64,000 bases of DNA from Camelus ferus (Eukaryota), in contig NC_045697.1 in NCBI RefSeq assembly GCF_009834535.1, forward strand, positions 50,408,001-50,472,000. Reading direction: 5' to 3'. Each line of letters starts with the position of its first letter. Within the stretch, counting starts at the first letter, position 1. Shown piece after piece: positions 23,331 through 35,340 of the stretch. The notes under the pieces are model-generated. The model was not told the DNA's origin and did no database searches. It saw only the letters and a list, made by a program, of their open reading frames with translations. Made by a program: the position numbers and the translations under genes.

Positions 23331-25049
23331 TTCCCTACTGACTATGTTTTCTCTTGGAAAAGGTCAGTGCCATTAATTAAAGTGGGACTTGAGTATATTT
23401 GATGATTTTATTTATTCATGTCAGTCTTGTGCTCACTATCATAATTGGGAATTAGTGTGTATTACTTGAGGTGGAGGAAACTGAGAATTATATATTAGCG
23501 TTCATCAATTTTCTCCAACTCCCAGATTACAACAGATTATAGTTGACTGATATCTTCCAGGGAGCTCATTTCTGTGATCAATCTATTTGAAAAAATAGGG
23601 GTCCAGAAATATTTGTGCTTGATGCTTCAGAGATTCATCTTAACTCTTCAGATCCACAGACACCTTTGCTCAGTGTTTTAGTTACGCAGGATATAGCCTA
23701 CCCACACGCTAAGTAGGAGGAGGAGGAGTTTCCATGTTAGAGCTGTGCATTTTGTTCTACTAATCCCTGTATGGAATTATCTGAGCAAGTATTTAGTAGA
23801 GCCAGTGAAAAGAGGAAAATATCATAATGTCATAATACAATTAGTTATAATGGTCCTGCAGCACATATTAGATAGAAGACACTAGAAACATAGGGAAGGG
23901 TATCAAAGATAGAACCCTGTGATTAAGGAAATGACACATATTATGAATATTTTAGTAGTTATTATAACAGCAGTCAAATTAGGAGCAATGTTTAATAGGT
24001 GGTAGATTGGGCAGAACATTTAATCCTTTTGAGCTGCAATTTTTATATTGAAATTTTCTTCTGATGATAAAAAAGTACCAGAAGTTGGGATAAGTCCTCT
24101 AACAGAAACATTGTAAGTCAATATTACTGCACTTTGTCGGATACAGTGCAAATTTTAGAGACATACAGTCACTACGCTAACGTGCTGCAATAGACATTAA
24201 CCCCAAGGCTTACCTTTCACTCTGTTTCACAACGCACTGCAATTCTAGGCACCAGCCATTCGCACCATCAAAAATTTATTTGGCCTTTTGAAATGTTAAC
24301 AACTTGAAACATCTTTAAGAGAACAGATTCTAGAGCCTTGACAGCCTAATCTCATCCCCCCAAACTAAGAATTATAGATGGGTCCTTCCCCACCTTACAT
24401 AAAAGCAGAATTCCGATGCAAGGGAGGAAAGTGGAATGTTTGCTAAAGTTCTTCCCAACTGCCACTTCATCCAGGCACTGTCCCTGTGGTATCACCCGTT
24501 ATCTCTTCACCAGTTCTGGGAGCCAGACAGAGTGGGAGGAGACAGGGAAACTAAGGCCAAGAAAGGACAGCCTTGCTTCCTGCCTCGATGCTAGATGCTC
24601 CTGGGATATCTAGGTCTGATTTACTGATGACCCCATCTTCTCTCAGACTACAAAGTGATATGAGGGTGATGAACAATGTGGCCCCTTACTTTGGTACCTT
24701 CATTTTAAGCAAATGCTCTTTTTTAAAGATCAGATAATAGCAAAGGAGAAGAAAAGTGTGGGTCACTATTACTGAGCTAGTTAAATAGTGATTTTTAGCA
24801 ATGTAAAATCCAGGCATATTTATCCTTCTTTTATATTTCCCGAAAGTGGTATTGCTATTATTATCACCGATTTCTCAGCACCTAATACTTAAAGGCTAAG
24901 GTCCAATTGTTCTTTTCGCATTACTTCTTTCTATTCCCTTGTTTTGTGTTAAAATGCAGTTATTTAGGGAAACGTGGTGGGGAGGTGGATGTAAGAGCTG
25001 AGATACAAAGTAGACAGGACTGGTCTACGTCCACTTCTCAGAATGGGGG

Positions 25050-25280
25050 TCATGTGGCACAGTGGGAAAGCACATAGTAACTTGAAGCAAACAGACTAGA
25101 GTTCTCACTCTGGCTCAGCTGCTCGCCGGCTGTGGAACTCTGGGCAGAACATTTACCCCTTTTGAGCTTCACTTATCACATCTGTGAAATGACAATTCCT
25201 ACTTCATAACGTTGTTGTTAAGATTACACTTCATAGACCTAAAACGTTTGTTAGAGCTCCATACATACAAGGTGTGCCAC
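25050..25280 (+). mobile_element. MIR SINE (intron 2)
   Basis: ctgtggaactctgggcag...gagcttcacttatcacatctgtgaaatg...gttgttgttaagatta. Confidence 0.65.
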
Positions 25281-25429
25281 AAGTAGCTCTTTCCATCTCA
25301 GTTCGTAGCTTACCTAGCAGGGTACACAACAATCATACACACAAAAAGCCACCAGAAGACTGGGAAAAAAGATTTCCTTTTGAAGCAGCTTTGCTCACTG
25401 GCTACATCACTACCCTACCCTCTACTCAC

Positions 25430-25678
25430 CTCTGACGGAATCATCCACGATATAGCCAGACATCTGTTGTTCATTATCGTACTCGTCTGCATAGTCATAG
25501 TCGATCCCTGAGGACAGTTCGCTACCAGGAGGCATTTCACTCACGGGAGAAATCTCACTCCCCCAGGACACGTCACTTCTTGAGGTAACATTAAATCCAT
25601 CAGCACTGTGGTCCCCAGAAAGTGGTTCCCCTTTCCCAGAGTAAGTTTCATTGACGTCCAGTCCAGCAGCATAATAGG
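25430..25678 (-). CDS. AREG: AREG exon 2 (pro-region, [15 protein letters not shown]...GYIVDDSVR)
   Basis: Polypyrimidine tract and CCTACAG acceptor; donor AGAG|GTGAGT; 249 nt; lies within ORF 25422..25736; DYDYxxEYDNE motif typical of amphiregulin. Confidence 0.98.
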
Positions 25679-26785
25679 CTGTAGGAGCAAGAACAAGGGA
25701 AGAAAAGCAAAGGTAAGGGAGAATGCCTTTTCTCACCAGTCAGTTGCATTCGGGAGAACTGTTTACCTTCTAATATCAAAGCAATTATTGCACATGTGCT
25801 ATTGTTGGTGACTGAGTCACTTACGAAACCAACATCACATTTTGCCAACAAGCAAACTCAGCTGTTCCAATTACAGAGCTTCTTTCATTAAGGTTTTCTT
25901 CTTCACAGATAGTCTACATTAATCTCCACATCAAAAAATACTGCCAAATAGGCAAATTAATTTTATATAATTACTTAACAGGCAATGTCTAAACATTGCC
26001 ATCATGTCACATACCAAACGCTTTTGCGTTTGCTGTAATGCTACCTGTCCCATTTTAATAAACAGATTCCAAAGATAAATACCAAATTTTCTTAATACGT
26101 GCTCACATTTTAAAAAGAATAGCTATATAAAATGTAAAAAGTGATATAAATAGTAGTTGACAATAATTGTTCTTATTGCCATTGTTTCTTATTGTTCTCA
26201 CACAGAGAAGAAAATTACAGACTAGGTTAAAAGGGGGTCAAAGTTTCAAGCCCCTGCTTTATCAAGGTCTTTAAAAAAAAAAAAAAAAAAAGCCCTAGAG
26301 TGATGCTTTTAACTTCTCCCTGTGATGATGCGAGGACCTCTAGAAAGGTAAAAACAAAATCACTTGACAGAGGAGATGGAGAATTTAGGCAGGAGGCTGC
26401 GCTCCTCGGTCCAGGACTTAACTACGCTGCTCCAGGATCTGAGGAAATCACTACACCTCTCTGGCTTCGGTTTCTTTACCTGTAAAACGAAGGGTTTGGA
26501 TCACAGGATCTCTAGGTTCTCCTTCATCTGGACTAAAGTAAAAATACAAGGATTCTACGGCATCCTCTTGCTGGCCCGGCACATCTCAAACACCTGCACG
26601 CTTTTCTCTTCCTCCCAGGGAGTAACTAACTATATTGAGGGAGCCACCGTGACCACCTCCCGCGGGACAGAGCTGGGGTCGCCTCCCAAGAGCGGGTTTT
26701 GAGAGAAACAGCAGCAGAATTCAAGGTGACCGTTTTGCCCGCGGTGGGAGAGGCGCCCGGCAGGTCAGAGCCGGGATGTCCTCAC

Positions 26786-26846
26786 CTGAGCCGAGGATCA
26801 AGAGCGACAGCACCACGGGCGCCGACGGCAGCGGCGGGGCTCTCAT
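26786..26846 (-). CDS. AREG: AREG coding exon 1 (signal peptide MRAPPLPSAPVVLSLLILGS)
   Basis: ATG at 26846 in context GGACCAATGAGA; donor CAG|GTGAGG at 26786/26785; phase 1; hydrophobic signal peptide. Confidence 0.97.
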
Positions 26847-27059
26847 TGGTCCCTCGGAGAGGCGGCGTCGCGGTCTCTGGGGCAACTCTGCCGGGAGCTG
26901 CGGGCGGGAGGAGGACGTGGCGGCGGGGAGCTGGGACGAGGGGGACCGAGCGGCTGTGCTCGCAGGCCCGGCCGGGCTAGCCGCGGGATCCCTGGGCTCC
27001 GACTCCGGCGCGGGCACAAGGTGTGCGAACATTCCGCAGGCGCGGCGCGCACCTGCCGC

Positions 27060-27065
27060 TTTATA
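27060..27065 (-). promoter_or_regulatory. TATA box (CCTATAAAG)
   Basis: tttata on the + strand inside the CpG island, 219 nt upstream of the ATG; adjacent GC box GGGCGG at 27070-27075. Confidence 0.9.
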
Positions 27066-27090
27066 GGCCGGGCGGGGACCCGGGCATCGC

Positions 27091-27104
27091 CCGTGACGTC
27101 ACGG
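27091..27104. promoter_or_regulatory. cAMP response element TGACGTCA (27094-27101) within the 14-bp palindrome CCGTGACGTCACGG
   Basis: Full consensus CRE about 30 nt upstream of the TATA box; a CRE is an established AREG promoter element. Confidence 0.92.
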
Positions 27105-27113
27105 CGGCCGGCG

Positions 27114-27123
27114 AGGTGGGTGG
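27114..27123 (+). promoter_or_regulatory. Candidate WT1/EGR-type element AGGTGGGTGG
   Basis: GTGGGTGG just upstream of the CRE, where a WT1-responsive element is described in human AREG (recalled). Confidence 0.5.
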
Positions 27124-27599
27124 AGGCGGGCGGCCGCCCCGGGAGGGGTTACTACCCCAAAACCACACACGCGAACCGCTGGGAGGAAATGAAAGTTCCC
27201 TCACTGCAAGCTGAAAAAATACCAGATCCACATTCGAGGGCGGGAGTTGGGTTTGGGCGCTAGTATCTGACATTAAAAATCCCATACTATCCGGAAATCC
27301 TCCGAATAGGCTTTGGTTGATCTTAATACTACGGCAGGGATTAACTAGAAAAGTTTCGTAGTAAGATGTAAAAGTACTTTAAGACCAAGAGTGACTTAGC
27401 AGTGATAGCCCGATGTCTTTAACAAGGATAAAGAAGGTCACTAAATGACTGGAGCGCGCGCCTCCTAATGAGACGCTGCTTTATTTATCACCGGCCCCTG
27501 TCTCAACCCAGGGTCCTTTCCCGTCAACTACTGTGACGTGGCTAGAATTTTCAACCTCCTCTCTTCCCATTCTTTACGTGTTCCTAAGCCCTCATCAAA

Positions 27600-27815
27600 A
27601 CTAATACTAATTGAGCATGTATTGTTGCCAAACTGTACACTCTAGCTACTCCATCTCATTCAAAAATCTTGCTAGGAAAGTACTATTTTCCAAACTGTCT
27701 TACGAGAGGGACCAATGTCAGCTTTACAAAGCAAGGAGGACTTCACACAGCTGGTCGCGGCAGAAGCCAGATGGATTTCACTTCAAGTTTTTCTGACTCT
27801 AAAATCTCTGTTCTC
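27600..27815 (-). mobile_element. MIR SINE upstream of the promoter
   Basis: attgagcatgtattg...cacacagctggt...tctgactctaaaatc. Confidence 0.55.
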
Positions 27816-28909
27816 TCTAATGAAAGGGGTTTATGCTAAACTTCTCTTTGAAAAGAGTGTCTGGGGAGAATAATATTCATCCTAAAGGAATCATCTCTAC
27901 TGGTGGCGTATTAGCATTTGGATGGAGGGTGGTGCCCAACTCCGTGCCTCTTGAATCCCAAGATGAAAGGGCCAGCTGTTAGGGCCCATTTAGAACCTAG
28001 TAGGGCTTTTTGATCGTGAGAGGGGGAAAGAACTGCTTAACATGACCAACTTTGATGTAGAGACAACTCCAGAACTGATTTTTTCTTGACTTGAGGAAGA
28101 AAGGAAAAAAAAAAAAAAAAAAAGCATTGTTGTCTCTTAGGGTTTCTGTCCTGAAGATACATATCTCTTCTGTGATTGTTCCAGTAAAACAACTCTTTTA
28201 GGAATGTGGGTCACAGTGCATCTGTCCTAATTCTTGGAAACTTTTTAAAAGCTACTTATTTTTTAATGGCATATTGTAGTAAAGTAGGCTAAATAACACC
28301 ATGCATTTAGTAGGATAAAATAAGCAGTCATGAATCTGTCTTCTCTCCTAATCGACATGTGTTGAGAGCATGTTTTGTGTAATCTACTTGTTTTATTTTT
28401 ATGCACGGGGGTAATGAAGAGGTAGATTAAATGCAGACCTGCTCCCCTTCTCAGCAAAAAGTGGGAAATGGAAAGAATACCAGATGGCAAGGTGTGAACA
28501 AGAATGGAAAACCAGACTAGAAAGGTGGCGGAGCCCATTCCAAGGTAAAGCAGGGGCCTGCCTGCATTGTCATCTTTTTTGATGGATGAGGTGATTGTGA
28601 TTCAGAGAGATTCAGAGGCTTGCCCACAGATTTCAAAAGATGGTGGAGATTTTGTTTAGTGTGCAGGCTGTCACTATACTGTTGAACCTTTCTGCTCTCC
28701 TAAATTTTGATTTTGTACTAATCCTGTTCTTTCCTTTCTCCACTCTTTCTTCTTATTTAGGTGAAGGCAAATTGTGCATAGCTGTCATTGAAAGTATTTT
28801 ACTTTGTTTGAAGTGAAAGTGGGTTCTTTACATTGGAAATTGTTTAGTTTTTTCCAGTTGGAAATTTAGAGGGTGATAATTTATGCTGGTCTGGAATATA
28901 CCATCGCAT

Positions 28910-29130
28910 CATAGGGACAGACTGCTTAGTATGAGCTTTAGATTCAAACCAGTTGGATTTTCATATATAAATTCCACCACACAATGTTTAAAAGACATGG
29001 ATTCCTCATCTGAAAATAAGAATAAAGATACCCACTTGCTGTTAAAGAGTTCAAGTGAGATAAGATACATGAACAAGTAACACAGATCCTAGAGTGTGGT
29101 GAGTGCTCGGTAGATAGTAACTATTATTAA
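28910..29130 (+). mobile_element. MIR SINE
   Basis: ttcctcatctgaaaataagaataa...gagttcaagtgagataa...gagtgctcggtagatagtaactattatt. Confidence 0.6.
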
Positions 29131-30124
29131 CCTGGACATTATGATAGTTACATTATGTTAAATCATATTGAAGAACTATGTAACTCTTATAAAGGTAGCT
29201 ACTCACAGAGCACATGAATGAATCTTCAGTATTTTCAAGCCATTAACTTTGTACCTACTTCACATTAAAGTTAAACATTTTGAACATTTTATGGTGCATT
29301 ATAGGGTATCACGGGGCGTCATCATAGTTGCATCACAATGGCGGCACCCCTTGATGACTCATGACATTCTGGAATCTATGCATGAGAAAGAAACCAGCCC
29401 AATGCAGGGGTGGGATGCTTTACATTCTGTATGCTGAGCTGAGACAAGGAGGAGCAATTTCAAGAAATTCAAGTAGAGAAACAGCTCTTCTTTATCCTCA
29501 TCAATTGATGGTTCTCTCACCTAGTAGGAAGTTAAGGGTAGCCCTAAGGGCAAATATTCTTAGCTGACCACTCATGTTGGTACCTGGTATCTGGACCCTG
29601 ATAATACTTTATGTATAGTGGAAACAAACTCACTTTGACTCTGCTCAGAGGTGTGCTATAGAACCCAGAGCCTCCTCATGTGTCTGTTCTCACAGCTGAT
29701 CTTGAGTTTGTACAGAAAGTGCCAGGGTCTGAGTAAGTATTACCTCACAATTTTTATGAGTCAGCACATGAACTCCCAAACTAAAATTAAGAAATAGTGT
29801 GTAAGTAATATTTCAGATGTTATTAACAAATGCATTAGCTCCAGTTTGATGTCTATAATTTTCTATTTTCACCTTGGAATGTATCCATGCCAAAGAAGAT
29901 ATACTTTTTAGTTCCCTCAAAAAAAGAGGCCTTAAAGGAGCTTGATTGTCAGGCACCTTGACAGAATAAAATATAATTACTTGCCCTTTATATCCATCAT
30001 GGGATGGATTTTGCAGAGCAAGGAGTAGCAGATGGGACTGAAGGCAGTGAATGATTTGATACAATGGTAAGTAAATATAATATATGATTACAGTTACACA
30101 AACAAAACTCAATCCTCTAGGTAG

Positions 30125-30330
30125 CTCATTTACTCATTAAATATATTTTGAGAACTAAACACTGTTTTAGGCAGTGGGGAAAGAATTTGGAATAAGTCAT
30201 AGTGTCCTTGTTTTTAAGGACCTTACATTCTATTAAAGAGAAACACATCATAACCAAGGAAACAATACATAAGATAAATTTAGATAGGGAGGAGTGATAG
30301 AAAGGAAATAAAATATGTGATAGAGAGGAC
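30125..30330 (-). mobile_element. L2 LINE 3' fragment
   Basis: ctcatttactcattaaatatattttgag...cactgttttaggcagtgggga...ccttacattcta. Confidence 0.55.
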
Positions 30331-32959
30331 TTGGGATGGTGGAGGAAGGTAATAAAAAGAAATATGTGATACCCCTAGACTTAAGTAGTTCACATTTTCT
30401 CTCTAGAGGAAACAGATGGCTGAGTAAACTGGAGAGGATTATTCCACTGAACAATCATAACAGTGTAGAAGAGCAGAGGTAGGCGTGGGCAGGAGTGAGG
30501 GATAGAGCAGGCACATACGAGGAGAATGAGGGATGGTGAACAGACAGAGGCCTTAAATTGGGCCTCAAAAATGTGGAGGATTTTAAGACATTGTGGAAGA
30601 ATTCATTCCAGGAATTATTTCTCGAACACCCTTCTTCGCAGTGAGAGACAAGGGCTCTGGATTTCACTCTCACCAAAGGTCAGCTGATAACCTGAGAATC
30701 TTAGCAAAATCCACTCTCTCTTCTCCTCTCTCGAGTCAGTAGGTTTGGTGTGGGGTCCTGGCCTGTGTACGTTTTCACTGATAAAGAACTACTCCACTAG
30801 GGGATACATAAGTGAAAAAAATTAAGGTACATTCAGAGAGGGTGTAAACTGGTGGGGCTGCACATTCATGTGGATGGAAGTTTTATTGGAAACGGGAAGG
30901 ATGGCAAAATGAATTTCAACATGAAGTATATGAGTAAGTGTGATGAAGACATTAATTTTACTTCTAAGAAACTCATGTTGCAAACTGATTTAAATACTGT
31001 CCTTTAAATAGGGAACTATCTTAATGTGGTGAAAATATGTCTGAATATACGACAAAGAAAAATCCTCTTTGCATATAGTTCTTCAGGATCCAATTTGTCA
31101 CATAAGTGGAATCACATCTACAACCAAATCATGTTGGGTTCTCACTCAATTCTAAACGTAATATCAGAAAACAGATGTCTGCAACCATCATACACTGAAC
31201 GAGGAAGCATGTTAAATTTTAGCACTATTAATTCTTTGTACATTTAGGATTTCAGAGTAAGATTTGGCATTTTATTATTTCAGAAAAATAATATATTGAG
31301 GGCAGATAGTCAGAGTCCTATGAAAGATGTTTATAGACGACCAGTTTTAGTCATTAAATAATTATATCCTTGATTTATTATTTCCAAATTAAAAACATGC
31401 TTTGTATTCACTTAATCTTCACAGACTTCTGCTCTCCTCGTTTTCTTGCACTTTACTTTCCAGTTTATCCCTGCGGTGTTGCACGGTCAGGGCTGTGTGA
31501 TGACCACTTTTTCATAGTTGCAGGACTCTCTTATTCGCCCTCTTTTAGTTAAAAGCGAACAACATATGCTTACCCCTAATAATTAAACGATCCTGTTAGA
31601 AATGACCCATATTTGATGTGTTTCTGTTATCAGTTTAGATACTCCCCTTAAATATTCGTGCCATTTAGCAGAGCTAGGCTGTATTATATATGGACTCTGT
31701 TGTATTTTCCCAGGAACACAGCAGGTTTTGTTTCTGAGTTCATTAAGAACAGCAGTTTTAAAATAGCCTAAGTGAAGAAATTACCAATTTGTTGAATAGA
31801 CACTCATGTACAGTCTGTCCTAGGCAGGGATAGGTTAAACCACAAAGAAAGTGGCCTTTGTATGTCGTATGTCCCAAAGCTGTCTGATTGTGTGCACTGA
31901 AATTATGTGGCCAGAATAAAAGTAAATATTTGTAAGGTTAATATGGAAAAATACAGATACATGTAGAACTCATAGAAAAAGAGTTGAAAATATAGTTACA
32001 CATTTTATAAACATTGTGGGTCCTTCAGTGTACTTTCTAAAATCAGTATTTTGGTCTTAAATCTGGGTTTATGTACTCCCAGATGATTCTGCCATTTGCA
32101 GAAAATGTCATTTCATTCCTAGATTTTTTTCCTTCCATAGGAATTCCAAAAATCTTTCATTTTGGTCACTTTGCAAGATAATAAACATTCCAATAAAATA
32201 CTTTAAATATAGAATTGCTGGATAATTTTGGGATTCTCAAGCACCATCTTATGTGGCTGTAAGGAAATATTTGGCTTTTCAACAGTACAATTGCCCTGAG
32301 CTAAACCTGATATAATAGTGGGGGAGTGCTACTTACGTGATTGGCAAAAATGTTAGAGAACTTTTTTAAGAAATATGAATTTGATCAAATGTTTCCATCT
32401 CAAAAACAGCATTTACTAATATTCTTACATTTATTGAGATAGAAAAAATAGAAACTTGATATGTTTTGCTTAAAATTACATTTTTGGAAAAAGTCATACA
32501 GTTCACACTATTAAAAGTTATTTTAACTGCCAGACAGCTAAGGACATAATGACTGTTAAAAATTAATTATGTTAAATTTTATGTATCTAAATTTTCCCAA
32601 TTTGGAGATTTGAAGATATGCCTGTATTTATTTTAAAAATATGCTTCATTTTAATTTTTCTTACAACAATATTGCAATCTTCACAAAATGGTTGGTTTTA
32701 ATGGGATTTTCCTGGGAAGAACTAAAGACATATTTTATTTCTATTGAGTTTGGGTGGTAATATACACACATAGGAGGAAAGAGAAGACTATAAGAAAAGT
32801 CTACATTTCTTAGAATTTTATTACTTTTAAGAGTAAAACAAGAAAAAAGTTATATAGACATATTTATTAACATTTTTTAAATGTGTGATACTTGTTGCAT
32901 AAAAAATGAACAAAACAGTGTGTACAGTTGAAATTTTTAATATATTTACAAATACGTAC

Positions 32960-32992
<33 letters not shown>
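32960..32992 (+). repeat. (TA)n microsatellite
   Basis: Direct observation. Confidence 0.9.
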
Positions 32993-33324
32993 CACATGTG
33001 TAGAAAAATTTTGAAAAGCTCTATATCAACTATATCTTCGGTTGAGGAATTAACTGCTTATCTGTATGTCCTAACATATGTACAAAGATCATGTATGACT
33101 TCTGGTTTTTTAAGTTAAAAACTCCAATCCCAGCAACAAGATGATTTCCCAAGCAAACTGATTTGACATGATTTCTATAATCGATTATATTGGTTTTTCC
33201 AATGAGGATGTCAGTTTTGAAAAAAAAAAAATGATCACTAAAGCCATCTGTTTTTCCCCACACTTTCTTACCCTTGAACAACTGCTCCCACATCTATGCT
33301 GTCCTTTGTCGTGTGGTGTCAAGG

Positions 33325-33550
33325 AAGTAGAATGAGGTGGTTAAGGCTGCAGCATCTGAGACCAAGACTACTGGATCTTTCCCTTACCAACCAGGATGAA
33401 TTATTTAAATACTTTATGTATCTAGTTTTCTCATCTCTAAAAAGGAGGTGATAATAACAACTCCTTAACCATTGGATTCTTGTGAGGTTTAAATGTGTTA
33501 GTACATGTAAAATACTTGGAACAGTTATCTGACCCTTGAGCATAATTGCT
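33325..33550 (+). mobile_element. MIR SINE
   Basis: agttttctcatctctaaaaaggaggtgataataac...gattcttgtgaggtttaaatg...atgtaaaatacttggaacagt. Confidence 0.7.
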
Positions 33551-34060
33551 CAAAATATCTTATATATTTTTATTTTTATTAATATGAAGATCAATGGAAA
33601 AAGTACTAGGGATTCCAATGGAAAAAAATTTTGATGCATATTTGTGGATGAGGATAGATAAATATTGTTATAACTGATTTCATAACTCGAGAAGCTTTGC
33701 TTACTGTGACAGATAAGCCTGTGAGAATTCAAAACTTTTTTAGAATGATGAAGGCAACAACATTGAGCCCTGTTCCTGAGGTCTTATTTCAAATGGCTTG
33801 CACTGCTGACTCCAGACACATGACATTTCCAGAGCATTACTTGTGGGTAAACTCTAACAGAAGGTCCTTTTCTCACTTTTTCTTTTTTTTTTTCAGCTGT
33901 CTAATCTTTTCTTACCATGTGATTTCATTATATCATAATTTCCTACAGAATCAGGCAATTTCTGCTGTGAATACGTTGTTTATTGGTGAAATTTCTTTCT
34001 TCACCATAAACTAACCCAATTGAGCTATTTTTCAATACTGATTACCACATCAATAATTTT

Positions 34061-34560
34061 GTCAGACTCTACTCAGTGTCCATTTCCTTCTCTTTCCTTA
34101 GTAACAGAACCCTGATATTATTCAGACTGACAATGTGTGCAGCTAAAATTATATACCATTTTTCAGGTTTCCTTGAAAATGATGGTGACTGTATGACTAA
34201 GTTGTACAAGTGAGGTCTGGAGAACTGTGAGCAGAAGTATGGGTAGAGTTTCCTGGAAGACTTCTTGAAGGTCGCTGATGAAGGTGGGAACTACACTCCT
34301 ATCGTTCTGCTCCTTTTATTCCTTTCCAGTTGCCTAGAATATGGACACTTGGCAGCATCTCCAGGAATCATACTGGACCATGAATTGACCCTGAACCTGA
34401 AGGTACATGCAGAGAAGACAGAAAGAGCTTGAATCTCTGATTTGTAGCTGCCCACCAGCCCTGTACTCTTTACCTTAGAAGAGAAAAACTTCTACCTTTT
34501 TTAAGCTACTGTCATTTAAGGTTTTCTGATATATGTAGTTGACCTCAATATGAAATGATT
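34061..34560 (+). mobile_element. MaLR LTR (MLT1J/H-like)
   Basis: ttccttagtaacagaaccctga, atgactaagtt, ggaccatga and ttaagctactg...ggttttctgatatatgtagttga hallmarks. Confidence 0.7.
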
Positions 34561-34624
34561 TGGTAATCAGATACCCTGGTATTTATTATGACGTTCTCTT
34601 CCATACCAATGTCCTCCAGCCAAA

Positions 34625-35148
34625 GACCATTACGAATACAGCTGAACAACTGCAGTGAGGGAGAATGTCCACTATGGAGAACCTTGGGTATTTCAGCAAA
34701 AAATAGTGTAGAGTAAGTGTTGAAAGGACATAGAGGATTTGGGCTTGTGTTGAGTGGTTCAGGGGAGGGTTGAAAGTAAGACATTTTGCTCTTAATTAGA
34801 TGCTGTCTGGAAGTGGGTGTAGTTCTATGATTGGGTATCTTAATAAATCTTCTATAGAAAGAGAGAGGCTAAAGCTGTATTGTTAAAAAAAATCAGCGAT
34901 CACCCATAGTAGTCAGAATAGGGGGCTATTTAGTCACTGCTGTGACTTGGACTATGTTTGTGTTTTGTCTGTGTTTAGACATGATTATGAAATGGTCTAG
35001 CTTTTGCCATAATCCATCACGGCCATACACTGGCCTTGTCTGATCTTGGTGTTGTGTGAAATTGTTAATGTTCAATAGGAGAACATCAAGGCCAAGGTGA
35101 TAGTACCAGACCAGCTCCCAGATGTCAGGGGCTGCTTTTCCTTTGTCA
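34625..35148 (-). mobile_element. ERV1 solo LTR (MER90-like)
   Basis: Minus strand begins TGACAAAGGAAAAGCAGCCCCTGACATCTGGGAGCTGG and contains GATTTATTAAGATACCCAATCATAGAA; family name from memory. Confidence 0.65.
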
Positions 35149-35340
35149 CTTGTAATGACACTTGGTGCAGGGTGAGGGCTCAATTAATGTTGGTTGAATG
35201 AATTGAATGAATTAATAGATGTTTAGTAAACAAATCAAGAACATCCAGTTACCACCTGCATTTTGCAGCGACCAAGAGAACATTTGGATGAATTTATATC
35301 ATTTCTTAAAATAAATTTTTTTCACATAAGAAATCTGTAT

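Larger units (their letters stand above)
17525..27035 (-). other. AREG: Amphiregulin gene (6 exons; TSS and cleavage site approximate)
   Basis: Spliced CDS 26846-26786, 25678-25430, 22836-22635, 21917-21762, 19629-19536 = 61+249+202+156+94 = 762 nt, 253 aa. It encodes a signal peptide, acidic pro-region, Lys/Arg-rich heparin-binding segment, 6-Cys EGF domain, TM helix and a short tail. All introns are GT..AG. Confidence 0.98.
26650..27260. promoter_or_regulatory. CpG island over AREG promoter and exon 1
   Basis: Abrupt GC- and CpG-rich segment in an otherwise AT-rich, CpG-depleted window. Confidence 0.92.

Noticed and set aside
25679..25736. ORF-track N-terminus [19 protein letters not shown] as an alternative signal peptide
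   Set aside because: It starts at a non-ATG codon and is simply the intron 1 polypyrimidine tract upstream of the exon 2 acceptor
26300..27285. Several overlapping GC-rich ORFs on both strands
   Set aside because: Expected stop-codon scarcity in a CpG island; no recognisable protein apart from AREG exon 1
27436..27450. AGGTCActaaaTGACT as an ERE (likewise GGTCA-N5-TGACC near 57989)
   Set aside because: The spacer is 5 nt, not the 3 nt required for ER dimers
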